From: the human T2T-CHM13v2.0 reference genome, Homo sapiens
Length of the DNA: 64,000 bases
Assembly (NCBI RefSeq): GCF_009914755.1
Contig: NC_060943.1
Direction: 5' to 3' (one strand)
The number at the start of each line of letters is the position of its first letter. Position 1 is the first letter of the stretch. Positions 48,690 to 64,000 of this stretch are shown here, piece by piece. Under the pieces are notes generated by a model. It saw only the letters and a program-made list of their open reading frames with translations, was not told the origin of the DNA and ran no database searches. The position numbers and the translations under genes are program-made.

Positions 48690-51600
48690 TTTTGTTGATC
48701 TTTTGTACTTTAAAATCTCTATTTCATTTATTTCTGCTCTGATCTTTATTTCCTTCTACCAATTTTGAGTTTAATTTCTTTGTTTTAGTTTTCTTCTTTG
48801 TTTTAGTTTTAGGTTTTTTGCTTTAGTTTCTTTTGGGTTTTTTTCTTTGTTAATGTATTCTCTGAATGATCTGCCCATTGCTGAAGATGAGGTGTTGAAG
48901 TTCTCTGGTATTATTGTATTGAAGTCTATCCTTTTGATCTACTAATATTTGCTTTATGTGTTTGTGGGTGCCCTAATGTTGGGGTCATATATATTTACAA
49001 TTGTTACATCTTTCTAAATTGACTTTTTTCATTATATAATTACTTTCTCTTTTTTAGTTTTTAACTTGAAAAACTGCATTATTTAAAAATAATTATTTTA
49101 CCTGATATAAATATAGCTAGACCTGTTCCATTTTGGTTTTCATTTGCATGGCATATCTTTTTCTATCCCTTCACTCTCAGTCTGTACATCTTTATAGGTG
49201 TAGTGAGTTTTCTTGTAGGCAGCATATAGTTGGGTCTTTTTTTTTTTCAATCCATTCAACTACTCTATGTCTTTTAGTTGAAGAATTTCATCCATTTACA
49301 TTAAATCTTATATTTATAGTTAGGGACTTACTACTTCCATTTTGTTATTTGTTTTCTAAGTCTTCTCTAATTTTCTTACTCCCTTTTTTGTGGATAAGTG
49401 ATTTTCTCTGGTAGTATGATTTAATCCTTTGCTTTTTGTTTTTAGTATCTCTACTATAAATTTTTGCATTATGGTTGCCATGAGACATAAAAAGTATCTT
49501 ACAGTTACAGCAAGTTATTTTAAACTGATGACAACTTGACTTTGATCACAATGAAAAGAAATAAGCAAAGAATAAACTAAAAATCTCTACACTATAACTC
49601 ATCACTCCTTTTCTTTTCGTTGTCTCACTTTATATCTTTTTATATATCTCCTAAAAAGCTATTCAGTCATCATTCTTGACAGATTTGTATTTTAGTGCTC
49701 ACACTAAAGATATGAGGGGTTCACACACCAGAACTACAGTGTTAAAATATTCTCAATTTGTCTATTTACTTTTGCCAGTAAGTTTTACTCCTTCAGATGA
49801 TTTCTTGTTGCACATTAGCATTCTTTTCTTTCAGACTGATGAACTCTCTTTACTATTTCTTGTAAGACAGGCCTGGTATTGATGAATTCCCTCAGCTTTT
49901 GTTTGCTGGGAAAGCCTTTATTTCGCCTTCATGGTTGAAGAATATATTTGATGACTAGAATATTCTTGGTTGAAGATGGTTCCCTTCAGCACTTTAAATA
50001 CATCTTTTCACTTTCTTCTGGCCTATGAGATTTCTGCTGAGAAGACTGCTGCCAATCTACTGGAGTTCCTTTATATGTTATTTGTTTCTTTTCTCTTGCT
50101 ACCTTTCCTCTTTTTCATCTTTGACCTTTGAGAGTTTGATTGTTATATGTCTTGTGTTGAATCTGGTTGGCATTCTTTGACTTTCTTATACCTGGATATT
50201 CATATATATATGAATATGAATCATATATATATATGAATATATATATGAATATGAATCATATATGTGAATATATATATATTTGGAAAGTACTCTATAATTA
50301 TTTCTTTGAATTAACTGTCTATCCCTACATCTTTCTCTACTCCCTTTTTAAAGGTAATCACTCTTAGACTTGCCCTTTTGTGGCTATTTTCTATATCTTT
50401 TAAGCACAGTTCATTCTTTTTCTTTTTTCTCCTCTGTATTTTCAATAGCCTGTATTTAAGCTAACAAATTCTTCTGCTTAATCAATTATGCTGTTGTTAT
50501 ATTCTGATGTATTTTTCAGTTCATCCATTGTCTTTTTCAGTGCTAGGATTTCTGTTTGATTTTTTTTTTTTTTTTGGTAATTATTTCAATCTCTTTGTTA
50601 AATTTCTCTGCTAAAATTCTGAATTCTTTCTTCATGTTTTCTTGACATTCTTTGAGCTTCTTCAAGACAGATATTTTGAATTCCCTGTCTGAAAGGTATT
50701 CCCTATCTGATAGATCTCTATCACTCCAGGGCTGGTCACTGGGCAGCTTATTTAGTCCATTTGATGAGATCATATTTTCTTGAATGTTCTCAATACTTGT
50801 GGATATTTGTACATGTCTGAACACTGAAGAGTTTCTTATTTATTCCAGTCTTCACAGTCTGGCCTTGCTTGTACTCATTCTTCTTCAGAGGGCCTTCAAA
50901 GAATTCAAAGGGGACTGAGTGCTGAGTTCCCTAAGCTGTGGTCACTGCAGCCATTTCAGCACTAGAGGGTGCCATAATCCCAAGTATGCAATAAATCTTG
51001 CAGACTCCTAGATACCCAGCCTAGATAGATGTGGGAAAGAGAAGACAATGTTCTGGGTTCCCAGGCAAAGTCCCTTACTCTCTTCTCTCTCATTCCCCGA
51101 AGTATAAGAAGTCCCTCTATATATACCAGGCTGCCTGTAATTGGGGGAGACGTGACACAGGGACTCCTGTGTCCATCACAGCTGGCATCACAGTAATGCT
51201 AGTCTAAACCCATGGACTCTATGACCAGCACAGTACTGGGGATTGCCCAAGGTCCACAGTCAGTACTACCTGACTGCCACTGACGTTTATTCAAGGCTTG
51301 AGGCCACTTTAGTCAGCAGGTGGTAAAACCAGCCAGAACTTGTGTCCAACCAACCAGGACAGCAGATTCCCTTCTGGCCTGGGTTGGGTCTAGCCGCACT
51401 GTCCAGGAGGAAAGGCCTGGGATCAGTGGCTTCAGGATTCTACTTGGCGCTTTATTTTCCTATGACTGAGCTGGTACTCAAGTTGAAAAACAAAGTCATC
51501 TGTACTCTTCCCTCTCCTTTCCTCAAGCAGAAGGAGTCTCTTTCTGAGCCACACTGCCTGGAGTTGGGGGAGGGGTGTGGCACACTCCCTTGGCTGCTAC

Positions 51601-52185
51601 GGCTGGTGTCATGCTGGGTCACATGCACCCAAAGTCCACAGCCTTAGAGACCACTGCAGCACCAGGGCTTGCCCAAGGACTGCAGTCCTTGTGACCTAAC
51701 TGCCACTCAAACTTATTCTGGGCCCCAGGCCACTTCGGTCAGCTGTTGGTGGTGCCAGCTGCGACTCAGGTTCCTTTCACGGGGGTTGAAAGGAATTTGC
51801 TTCTGGCCCCAGGCTGGTGTAAATGCTGTCTCCATGGGCACAAGTAGAATTGTGCCGTGTTGTGTTCTTCTGTGCCTGGGCAGCACCAGGTTCCAATGCA
51901 GTCCCACACTCACTTCGTGCTCTCTTCTACAAGCACACAGATTTTTCTCTGCATGTTGGTCTGCCAAGGGATGGGAAAGGGGTGGTTTAAGCAATGCAAG
52001 ACTACCTTTCCTACCCACTTCAATGCCTTTCTTCTTGATATTATGTTAAAATCAGGTACTCCGATCACTCATCTAGTTTTCTGGTTCTTATGAATGTGCT
52101 TTCTTGCATGAGTAGTTGTTCAGCTCGTGTTCCTGTGGGGAGAAAATTGATGAATGTTTCTCTTTGGCCTTCTTGCTCCACTGAT
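48690..52185 (-). mobile_element. Old L1M 5'UTR/ORF1/ORF2-start remnants, antisense
   Basis: ORF1-like LSDREFKISVLKKLKECQEN (50543..50824); boundaries approximate. Confidence 0.7.
50195..50280. repeat. AT-rich (TA/TATGAA) low-complexity repeat
   Basis: atatatatatgaatatgaatc repeated. Confidence 0.85.
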
Positions 52186-52354
52186 TTTTCTTTTTCTAGA
52201 TTTTTACATAAATTGAATGATACTACATGTAATCATCTGCATCTGGCTTCTTTCACTGAGCTTAAGGCTTTTGAGATTTGTCCATATTATGTATAGGCAT
52301 CCTTTTATATTGCTGGATAGTGTTCCATTTCATAGAGATGCTACAATCGATTGC

Positions 52355-52737
52355 TGCCATGGACATTATTGTGCATACCCAAAATTTATATGTTGAAATC
52401 CTAACCCCCTAGTACCTCAAAATGTGATGTATTTGGAGGTAGGACTTTAAAGAATTAAGTTGAAATCAGCCCATTAGGTTGGACCCTAATCTTACCAGTG
52501 TCCTTATAAGAAATTAAGACACACAGAGACACCAGGGGTACACATGCGTACAGTGATGGCCTTGTGAAGAGACAGAAAGAGGGCAGCCATGTGCAAGCCA
52601 AGGAGAGTGGCCTCAGAGAAATCCAACACTGCCAGCATCTTAATCTTGGACTTTAGAATTGTTAGAAAATTAATTTCTGTTGTTTGAGCCACCCAGTCTT
52701 TGGTATTGTGTTATGGCAGCCCTAGAAAATTAATACA
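52355..52737. mobile_element. MaLR LTR (MLT1B/C-like)
   Basis: tatgttgaaatcctaacccc; gcaagccaaggagagtggcctcagagaa; gttatggcagccctag. Confidence 0.7.
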
Positions 52738-53290
52738 ATTACTCATTCACCTATGGATGGTCATTTGAGAATTTTTTTTAAGTGTTCTAGTTATTGGTTA
52801 GATGTGAAGTTTCCATACCTTCTCCCCACAAAGTCAAGGCACATCACCCTCCTGGTACATCAACATGTTCACCAACCAGGAAACTCCACCAAGCCTCTGC
52901 GTCAAGAGTTCTAAGTTGGTAGGGAGGAACGAGGAGGGGGTATCTCATTTTGTAGCTGTGATTAAATCACAACCACATGGCTGACTTCAATCTCTAGTTC
53001 CTTTCCTCTCCCCAAAGGTCAATCTGGCTCAAAGTTTCAACCCTCTTATTACATGGTTGGTCTTTCTGATGAAGAGCCCCCATTCTGAACCTTTCTAGGA
53101 GCCTATAATGAATCACTTCGTTAGTATAAAAAATACACTTCTCTCACTCAAAGAATTACAAGATTTTTGTAGTACTAAGCCTGGGACAAAGATCCAGATA
53201 TATTTTTTATTACACCACAGACTGTATTTAATATAATAATTAATAGATTTTCTACTGTTAAACCAACTTTAAGATCCTAACAAATCTCAA

Positions 53291-53593
<303 letters not shown>

Positions 53594-54539
53594 TCACTAG
53601 AATATGACTTATTCTTTCTCTCTAAGAGATATATAGATATATGTATTAAATATCTTTAGTAGAGGATTTTTCAGATCTCGAGTGAGCCTGGTCAGTTGGT
53701 ATCTTTCAATGGATTTTTGTTTTCCAAGTTTCAACTTACTGAGAAAGGGTTGTTTAAAACAATCACACATTATCCATTATATGTTTCAAAGTTATCTAGT
53801 ACTATACTATGTTTCATTGCTCCTATCTGTAATATGTGATTTATGTTCTTTCTGATTAAAAAAAGGAGACACCTTGAATAAATTATTAAAATTGATAGAC
53901 CTTCCACTATATCAGAAAGAAAAAACATGGGTTCATAGATTTTCTCAAAAAAGAAAAAACTAAATAAGGTTACTGTGAAAATTAATTCTGAGGCCCTAGT
54001 ACAAAGATGGAGAGCTCAGAGCCCAAAAGTCATCCTGTGTTAAGGAGACATAGCTAAGAGTCTCGGTTTGCCAAGGTAGCTGGAGTCTACAGAGCAGAGT
54101 ACAGGAGAGAAAAAACTTCAGAGATATAGAGGGCCATCCCCAAGTATTCAGCTGAGTATAATCTGTGTTTGCATATAGAAAAAGACCAGAGGATGGGTAA
54201 AGAACCACCTGAAAGGATTATACGGGAAGCAATTCCCAAGGCTTATACAGAAAACATGATAGTTCTCATTTCAACCAGCTTGAGTTAAAAAAACTCATAA
54301 CTCATGAAGCATTAGGTAGAGAATATAGGAAGGTTGTGTCTCAGTAATGGGAGGGGAATTTGTCTTAAAATGTATGCTGCAATAATCTCATCGAGAAATG
54401 TTTAGAATCAAGACTCCCCAAAAGATCATATTGTTTCCAAGTAACTTAACCATGTAACAGAAAAAAGAAATCAAGAATATCTATAGAAAATTAAAAAAAA
54501 ATCAGTACCTAAAATTCAGTGTCCATTCAAAATTAAACC

Positions 54540-56560
<2,021 letters not shown>

Positions 56561-58312
56561 AGAGTCCAAGAAAACGCCCCACAAATCCCTATTTTCACCT
56601 TTGTGTAGTTGTCTTCCTTTTAACCAGGATTAGCTAGGGTTACTTATGAAATATAGCAGAAATGACGGCTCATCACTTTCAGTTTAAGGTAATGACAGAT
56701 ACTGTGGCTTTGTTCTTGTGTGAGTTCTCTCCTGGATCACTTGCTTTGGAACTATTTCTCTACAATGGAACACTCTTAGCAAAGTACAAATGAAAAGAAA
56801 TGAACTATGAAACACAGAACACCACCATGAGCCTTAATTTCAGAGTTTAAGAAGCCAAAAACATTAGAATACATATTAAATTACTCTATCTCTGTAGAAT
56901 TCTAGGAAATACAAACAAATCTACAGTGACAACGGATCAATAGTTGCCTGGGGATGGGTGAAGGAAAGGGAGAAAATATAAAAGGAATCAGGAAACTTTT
57001 GGTTTGAGAAGTGCCAACATGTATCAAAACTTATCAAATGGTACACTATAAATATGTGCAGTTTATTGCAAAAATGTTTAGACTGACTTCTGGACAGTAA
57101 CCTTAGCCATAAGAGACACAGGTATGGGAATATTTCTGTAAACCCTCATAATGGAGCCAGAGTAATGGAAACACATGTGGATGTACCTTTAGAAGGGTCA
57201 TATTCCCTATAGTTTGCTGCAGTTTTCTCATTCCTTTATTAATCTGGGTTTCTGCACCAACTATGATTCCTACCTGGGCCTTCTGGAGGACAGCCAATAT
57301 CAACTGCCTACTGAAAAATAGACTTCAGAGATCTTGACATGTCCACTGAGTTCAAATTCTCCTCAAGAAGCCTTGGGAATATGAAGTATCTTCTGGGAAC
57401 AAGGGACGTAATTCATGTTGCTCCCAGACACATTAGAGATTATCACAACAAATGCCCACTGCTTTGGGTGACCTCGATTACACAAAAAATCTTAACATAT
57501 AGACCAAAAGATTAGGCCTACAAAGACTGGCATTCTTTCCTAGGAGAGCTGAAGCAGTCAAGTAAGTCAGCTTGACACTAGAATAAGAGCTAGTCTTTGC
57601 CATCCTACTATCACTTCAGAGATACAGATAGTTGGAGCTCTCACAAAAGCTGTTCTTCCCTTCATACTGGCTTAGCTCAATTCTGTTCTCAACCCAACCC
57701 ACAAAGCGAACAGAAACCTCAAGATTTCAGATAATCTAAAAATTAAGGCATTTGTTGCAAAACCAGCATATGAGGCAGCCAATTTCAGGTCAGGTGTCTT
57801 GAAGGCTAGAAAAATTCGTCCCAAGTGCCATGTGAGATCAACTATATCCATGAAGGGAAACCTCTGCCAGTGGTCAGCAGAACAAAGCTCCCATTTTTCT
57901 GGCTAAAACTGGGTCATGCTCATGTTTAAACCAGTAGTGGGGCAGAAAAAAAGTGAGAATCCTTGATGGCCTCAGGCTACTGATGATTCCCTCCAGGGAA
58001 GGGAATAGTACAGAGGTCTGTCTTTTGAAACACATTGGGGTTACTTTGGCACAAGGCAGGACTCTTCCAGCACAAAGACAGATGGCTTCTAACAGGAACT
58101 GCCTTGACGAAATTCCAGCAAGAGTCTAGAAAATTCAGCATAGCTCCAGAAGGCTTCCCATATAGCTGGCACTCGGAAGAACCTCCCCAGGGTGAGTGTT
58201 TGAGTGTATAAAGTTCTACTTCTGGCTGTCGGCTACACATAAAGGCTATGCTTGGAGCTTCTCTCTGATGTCAGTTATTATGTTGAACAAGGAAACGGAA
58301 TTATCTCCCATC

Positions 58313-59460
58313 CTAAGGCCTTTCTCCAGTGTGAATTTTCCAGTGGCGGATGAGGGAAGCCCTCTGCCTGAAGGCCTTCCCACATTCACTGCACTTATAT
58401 GGCCTTTCTCCAGTGTGAATTCTATGATGCTGAACAAGTACATGTTTGTGGCTAAAGGCTTTTCCACATTCACTGCACACATAAGGCTTTTCACCATTAT
58501 GAACTCTTTGATGTGCAATAAGGTCAGAGCTTTGGCTAAAGAACTTCCCACATGCGATGCACTCATAAGGCCTTGCTCCAGTATGAACGCTCCAATGTTT
58601 AATGAGTCTGTATTTGTGACCAAAGTATTTTCCACATTCGCTGCACTCATATGGCCTTTCTCCAGTATGGATACTCTCATGCTGAACAAGTGTAGATTTG
58701 TGACTATAGGCTTTCCCACATTCACTGCACTTGTAAGGCCTTGCTCCAGTGTGTACTCTTTGATGTACAATAAGGTTAGAGCTATGATTAAAAACTTTCC
58801 CACATATGCCACACTCATAAGGCATTTCTCCAGTGTGGATTCTCTGGTGCTGAGCAAGTATGGGTTTGCGGCTAAAGGTTTTCCCACATTCACCGCACTC
58901 ATAAGGCCTTTCTCCAGTGTGGACTCTCTGGTGTTGAACAAGTGAGTCTTTGCGGCTGAAGGTTTTCCCACATTCACTGCATTTGTAATGCCTTTTTCCA
59001 CAGTGAGAGGCCTCCTCACACTTGGTGTTGCTGTGTGGCTTCCACTCATTGTGAGGGGCATGGTGCTCGAAAATGCTTGAGCTGGCTAGGAAGTCCTTAC
59101 AAGCCTCCCCTGTCACAAAAGACATCTCCAATGATTGCACAGCACAGTTGTTCAGAAGAAAGGGCCTGCTCTTATCACTTCTAAAGGGTTTCTCTCCACT
59201 GTGCTGCTTCTGGTGCTGGTGAAGGTTTGCACTGAACCAGAACTGTTTCCCACACAGCACACACATGTATGGTTTCTGCCCTGGGTGTGTTTCCTGGTGC
59301 TCAGCCAAGTGCAAAATGTCTTTTAAGACCAGGCCACATGTCCCACAGGGGTAAGCCTTCTGAGTAGAAGGACCTCCCTTGGGAATCCTGATCTGTGACA
59401 TTCCTATAGAAAAGCTCTGCTCAAAAGGTATCTCTTCATCCTCCATTCCATGCCAACAAC
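58313..59460 (-). CDS. ZNF772: ZNF772 terminal exon: 2 N-terminal plus 8 tandem C2H2 fingers
   Basis: ctttcag|GTTGTTGG; ORF 58313..59491; the five exons total 1473 nt = 490 aa plus stop. Confidence 0.95.
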
Positions 59461-60062
59461 CTGAAAGCAGAGAAATGCTGGTGAAGTACAAATTGACACA
59501 GGTGGAAGAGGGGAAGCCTCACTACAAATATGTGTCTAACACAACTAAGACCAAGGTCATAGGACTGTTGTTAGGACAAGGGTCCAAACTCAAGTTCAGC
59601 AAATGTGTACTATACGGTAGTTGGCATCTAAATGTCATAGAATGGAGAAGGCCTCAACTGGGAGAGGACAAAGATGTGGGGTACAGCACAAAAAAGAGGC
59701 AGGTCTCAAAGTCATTCACAATCAGATTTTCTTGGCTGCTGGGGACAGGTGAGAGTTGTGCAGAAGGTTATGGTCCATACCAAAGAAAATCAAATTGCTA
59801 CTCAGTAGTTGGTGTTTAAGGACTATTTGGGCTACACATCTCATGAAACACTAAATACAGGCCAATGCTGGAAGGCACTGTAGAACAAGCCATGGAGAGG
59901 AACAGGTGAGACATGAAGGCAGAGGTATGGAACATCCAGAGGCCAAAGGCCAGAGTATGAAAGGCCAGTGGCCTTAGCACTAATACAACTGTAGGCACAA
60001 AGAGGCTATGGAATGATATGAACCCAGCCCTGACATCACACCTTTCCCCAGCTCCTACTCAC

Positions 60063-60185
60063 CAGGGTCACTCCCACCTGGAGTCTCTGTGGCAACAGCT
60101 AGGGTCATGTCCACCCAGTCAGGTACCCAGGGCTCACTACCCATCACCAGTGAGGCAACTATGTGGGACATGAAAGATGTATGTC
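60063..60185 (-). CDS. ZNF772: ZNF772 KRAB-B-like exon (123 bp)
   Basis: ttcccttag|GACATACA ... CCTG|gtgagt; GHTSFMSHIVASLVMGSEPWVPDWVDMTLAVATETPGGSDP with the EPW motif. Confidence 0.85.
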
Positions 60186-60393
60186 CTAAGGGAAAGATAG
60201 AACAGCACTGGTCTGGGTAACCCATATAGAAAACTAAATATTATTAAAATAATCTCAGAGTAAGGTCTTGCAGGAATAGTGCAGTGGTCCTAGCAAGTAG
60301 CGACCATAATGGTCCCTACAATTCCTGACATAGGCAGGCCACAGGAAATGTCAGCTAAAGGAAGAGCGCAGAATCCCAGGCACAGAGGTGTCA

Positions 60394-60834
<441 letters not shown>

Positions 60835-61672
60835 TCAGGAGAGCCAAGTCCATGAGCAGCATCTCTCCCAAGAACCCCCATCCGTGCCCCCACACATCTC
60901 CCTCCTGTACACCCTCCTACCTAACTCCTCAACTCAGGAAATATCAGGACCAGATGTCATTGGTGTCTTCTCTCGCCTCATGGTCCCAATGGATCACTGT
61001 GTCTACCCATAGCAACCACAGGCAGGTGAAGAAGTTGTCACCCTCTAAGCTCTGTGCTTAGCATACAGGGCCTCACCCTTCTGTAAGCAAATTCCTCTGG
61101 GGTCACTAACATCATGCTTACCAGACAACCAAAGATGGGCTTGCCTTTCTCCTTTAAGCCCAGACGTCATCAGTCTACACTTCTTTCCATATGTACATCA
61201 CTCTTTGGATCACAGTTATCTCACAACTCTGGCTCTCCACCATCACTTTCCTGGCTCACTAAATGCACTACCACTGTGAAATGAATATTCTCTTTTAACT
61301 CCCAATCTACATAATCATCTTTAAGCCATTTCAGGATGATTCCCGCCCCCTTGCTCTTGGTTCCCACCAGACATGACAGAGACCTGCAATTTCTTGAAAA
61401 CTCCCTTCTCAGTCTCACCTCTAAGTATTTTGCACAGGCTGGTTCCTGTGCCTGGAACAACCTTCCAACCTTATTCCAATGGTTGGCAGAAATGGAAACC
61501 CCTCCATAAAACCCCTGGCCCGGAGTCAGGACCCTGGGCTTGGGGCTTCTCCAGAGTCCTCAGACCCAAGAGATCAGAGAGTAGCAGGAGAGTGTTCTAT
61601 ATAACACCACAATGCTGGAGAGCGTATTGGGTGGGGGTGGGATCGGTGAGAGCATGGACATTCTCCCCTCAC

Positions 61673-61711
61673 CTGTATAGGGTCCACAATTACTTCTGAG
61701 TTCATGGGAAC
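61673..61711 (-). CDS. ZNF772: ZNF772 39-nt mini-exon (VPMNSEVIVDPIQ)
   Basis: ctcttccccacag|GTTCCC...ATACAG|gtgag; frame-preserving. Confidence 0.85.
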
Positions 61712-62189
61712 CTGTGGGGAAGAGGGAGACTATGCGAGTCAAGCAATCTTGAAGGAACCCCAAAGGCTCAACCCCATCCCATATTCCTACCCAGTTACAA
61801 TGTGCCTGGGAGCTGAATGTCTACCCTCTGTGCTTCCATCTTCAAGGATACCTCTTAACTGTGTTAGCTCGGAACAGTGCTCATTATCCGCCCCCATGGC
61901 CAACAAGAGTCTGCCCTCCATGAGCAGTCTATGGAATACTTTTTAAACCCTCGGATTCTGGCTCTCCTCTGTTCAGAACCTTCCATGGCTCCCATCACCC
62001 TCAGAATAGAGACCCAGCTGCTCAGGATGATATTCCAGGTGCAATCACTTATAAAGCGCTCTGATCCTTTCAGACACTAAAGGCCCAGTTTTCCCAAATG
62101 CTCCAGCTGTGAACCATCTCTGAGCCTTTGCATACACTGGTCTCTCTGCCTGGAACGTCCTTCAACTCGTGCTGTCAAAATGGGTCCCA

Positions 62190-62800
62190 AACACGAGCGC
62201 CCCCACTGTTCTAGATACAGGGGCCTGAGCTGCAGTAACCCGAGGAATCGTTCATTCGAAGCTTTGGGATTCAGAGATGGGGGTCAGCGCGCAGACTCGC
62301 AGACGCAGCACCCACCTGTGCCGGGCCCATCGGCTCAGCCGCCGCCGCCATCAGGCCTGTGGACTACGGAAGGGTGGCGACAAGTGCAGGAACCTGGGAT
62401 CAGCTGTCCAGGGCCCAGCCCAGCGGCTAGGTCACTCAGGCAGCGCCACTGTCAAGCCTCAGGCCCACCTCTCTTCAGGGAAGAAGACACTCTCTCACGT
62501 TTTCCCTTTTCTGTCACCTCAGGTCTGACATTGCGTTCTGGAAACTAAACCAGTGGATTAATGGAAAAGCAAACAAAATGTCCACCCGAGGATGGTAGAG
62601 GAAGTCCCGCCCTGACGTTGGTGAGGACCAACGGAAACGCCTATTTCCTGGGTTTTCATTGGCCCAGAGCCGCCAAGTTTCCTGGGTAATGTAGTTCCCA
62701 CGGCACCAACACTAGTAAGCGGCGTCTTGCTTCACCTCCAGGTTAAAAGCCCAGAGAAGACCGCCAGGGGCGCGTGGAAATGGTGTCCCTCGTCTCCAAG
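62190..62800 (-). promoter_or_regulatory. ZNF772 CpG-island promoter with ACTACA/ZNF143-type motif, CCAAT, GC and ETS-like sites
   Basis: 62681-62700 reads TGGGAACTACATTACCCAGG on the minus strand; cattgg about 62658; ggaagtcccgccc about 62600. Confidence 0.85.
62316..62351 (-). CDS. ZNF772: ZNF772 coding exon 1 (MAAAAEPMGPAQ)
   Basis: Minus strand ATGGCGGCGGCGGCTGAGCCGATGGGCCCGGCACAG|gtgggt in a CpG island. Confidence 0.9.
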
Positions 62801-64000
62801 GCCCAGACGGAGCTTAGCTTCCTCTTGAAGGAGCCATATCTGTATTTCTGGTGAACGTCGTGTTTGACATCAAAGGAATGTTTAGAGACATGATTTCAGC
62901 CTTCCTTACGCAGAGAATGCTCATCAAAAAATGAAATGGACACACCATACACTGACGTCACTCAGATTTCTATGGCTGGAAGTTAACAAATATTGTTTTC
63001 AAATGCGTGTAGCCTGATGCTCCAGAGTTAGTTTGGCGAGCCTCAGCATTTTCTGTCAGGCACAAGAAAGAAAAGACTCCAGACACCATGATGTGGAACG
63101 TGGAGTGGGGATGTTTGGTGGCCTTGAAGTAAGTGAATAACCCTTCTGTCTGTTACCTCAGAAAATATTTATCCTGCTTATACAGCAGTGATTGTGTCAA
63201 ACCCAACAAGTAATACTCTTGTTCAAGATAGTATTTCATACTCCATATACAGAGATGTATTCAATATTTTAAGTGTTTTACAAGTGTCTGAAAAGACAGA
63301 ATTCATCAAATGTCATATGGCAATGAAAAGGGCAACATGAACACTTTCTGTAAAGAAGAAATAACCACCAAACTAGATGTCTATACACAACAAAATGTCT
63401 TTTATGGAAGTGTGATATAAAACTATTTGAAACCAAAAATGATAAATGTAATGGAAATACATTTACACAAAAAATAATGTTTAAAATAATACTCAAGGCC
63501 AAAGAAAGTTGATCTCAGGTGAAAAGTCTGCAATGAGAGAAGAAATGAAGATGAAAAGAAGTGCATCTTTTGATTAAAATAACAGCATATTACAGTGTAA
63601 AACATAAGTAGATATACTTATTGAGTTAGAATGATGGAATTCCCGTGCGTAACCTCAACTACATATAAATTGAAAGGAGGCTAGTTGCTCAAAGTTTTAA
63701 ATTTTTTATATTTCCAAGTGGAAAGCAAATGTATTACAATCCTGTATGGCACGCTAATGTGTTAAACGTTTGTAATTTTTAGCCTAAATATAATAAATAC
63801 AGTCAGCGTATATACTTTTCAAACTAGAAGAGGAAATGTTTGGAATATAAATAAATAATCAATAGAAAGGTAAAATAATAGTAAAATAAGTGGAAGAAGT
63901 GAGGCAAAGAAAAGCACAATGTAGGATATATTTAAACTGTCAACCTAAATAACAGAGATTCTTCAAAGATGTTGAGTTCATTCAGGAATGCACAGGGGAT

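Overview
Human (primate) genomic DNA, recognisable as part of the 19q13.43 KRAB zinc-finger cluster; symbols come from recognising the proteins, not from a database search. In order: ZNF17 (+; KRAB-A and finger exons, first exon upstream of the window), ZNF749 (+; complete, 778 aa), the vomeronasal type-1 receptor VN1R1 (-), a V1R pseudogene fragment (+) and ZNF772 (-; 5 coding exons, 490 aa here). ZNF17 and ZNF749 are an old tandem duplication (offset about 23-24 kb). The rest is dense Alu, L1, LTR and DNA-transposon sequence. I cannot demonstrate a new biological system from sequence alone. The best leads, all testable, are: (1) a splice acceptor inside the VN1R1 N-terminal extension that is in phase with the upstream ZNF772 KRAB exons; (2) a solo ERV LTR inserted into the acceptor of a vestigial ZNF749 mini-exon; (3) an isolated finger (PCxx[12 protein letters not shown]) conserved in all three KZNFs; (4) a triplicated module with helix-only half-fingers in ZNF749; (5) fossil KRAB-B exons and stranded fossil fingers; (6) a nearly spacer-less inverted Alu fusion upstream of VN1R1.
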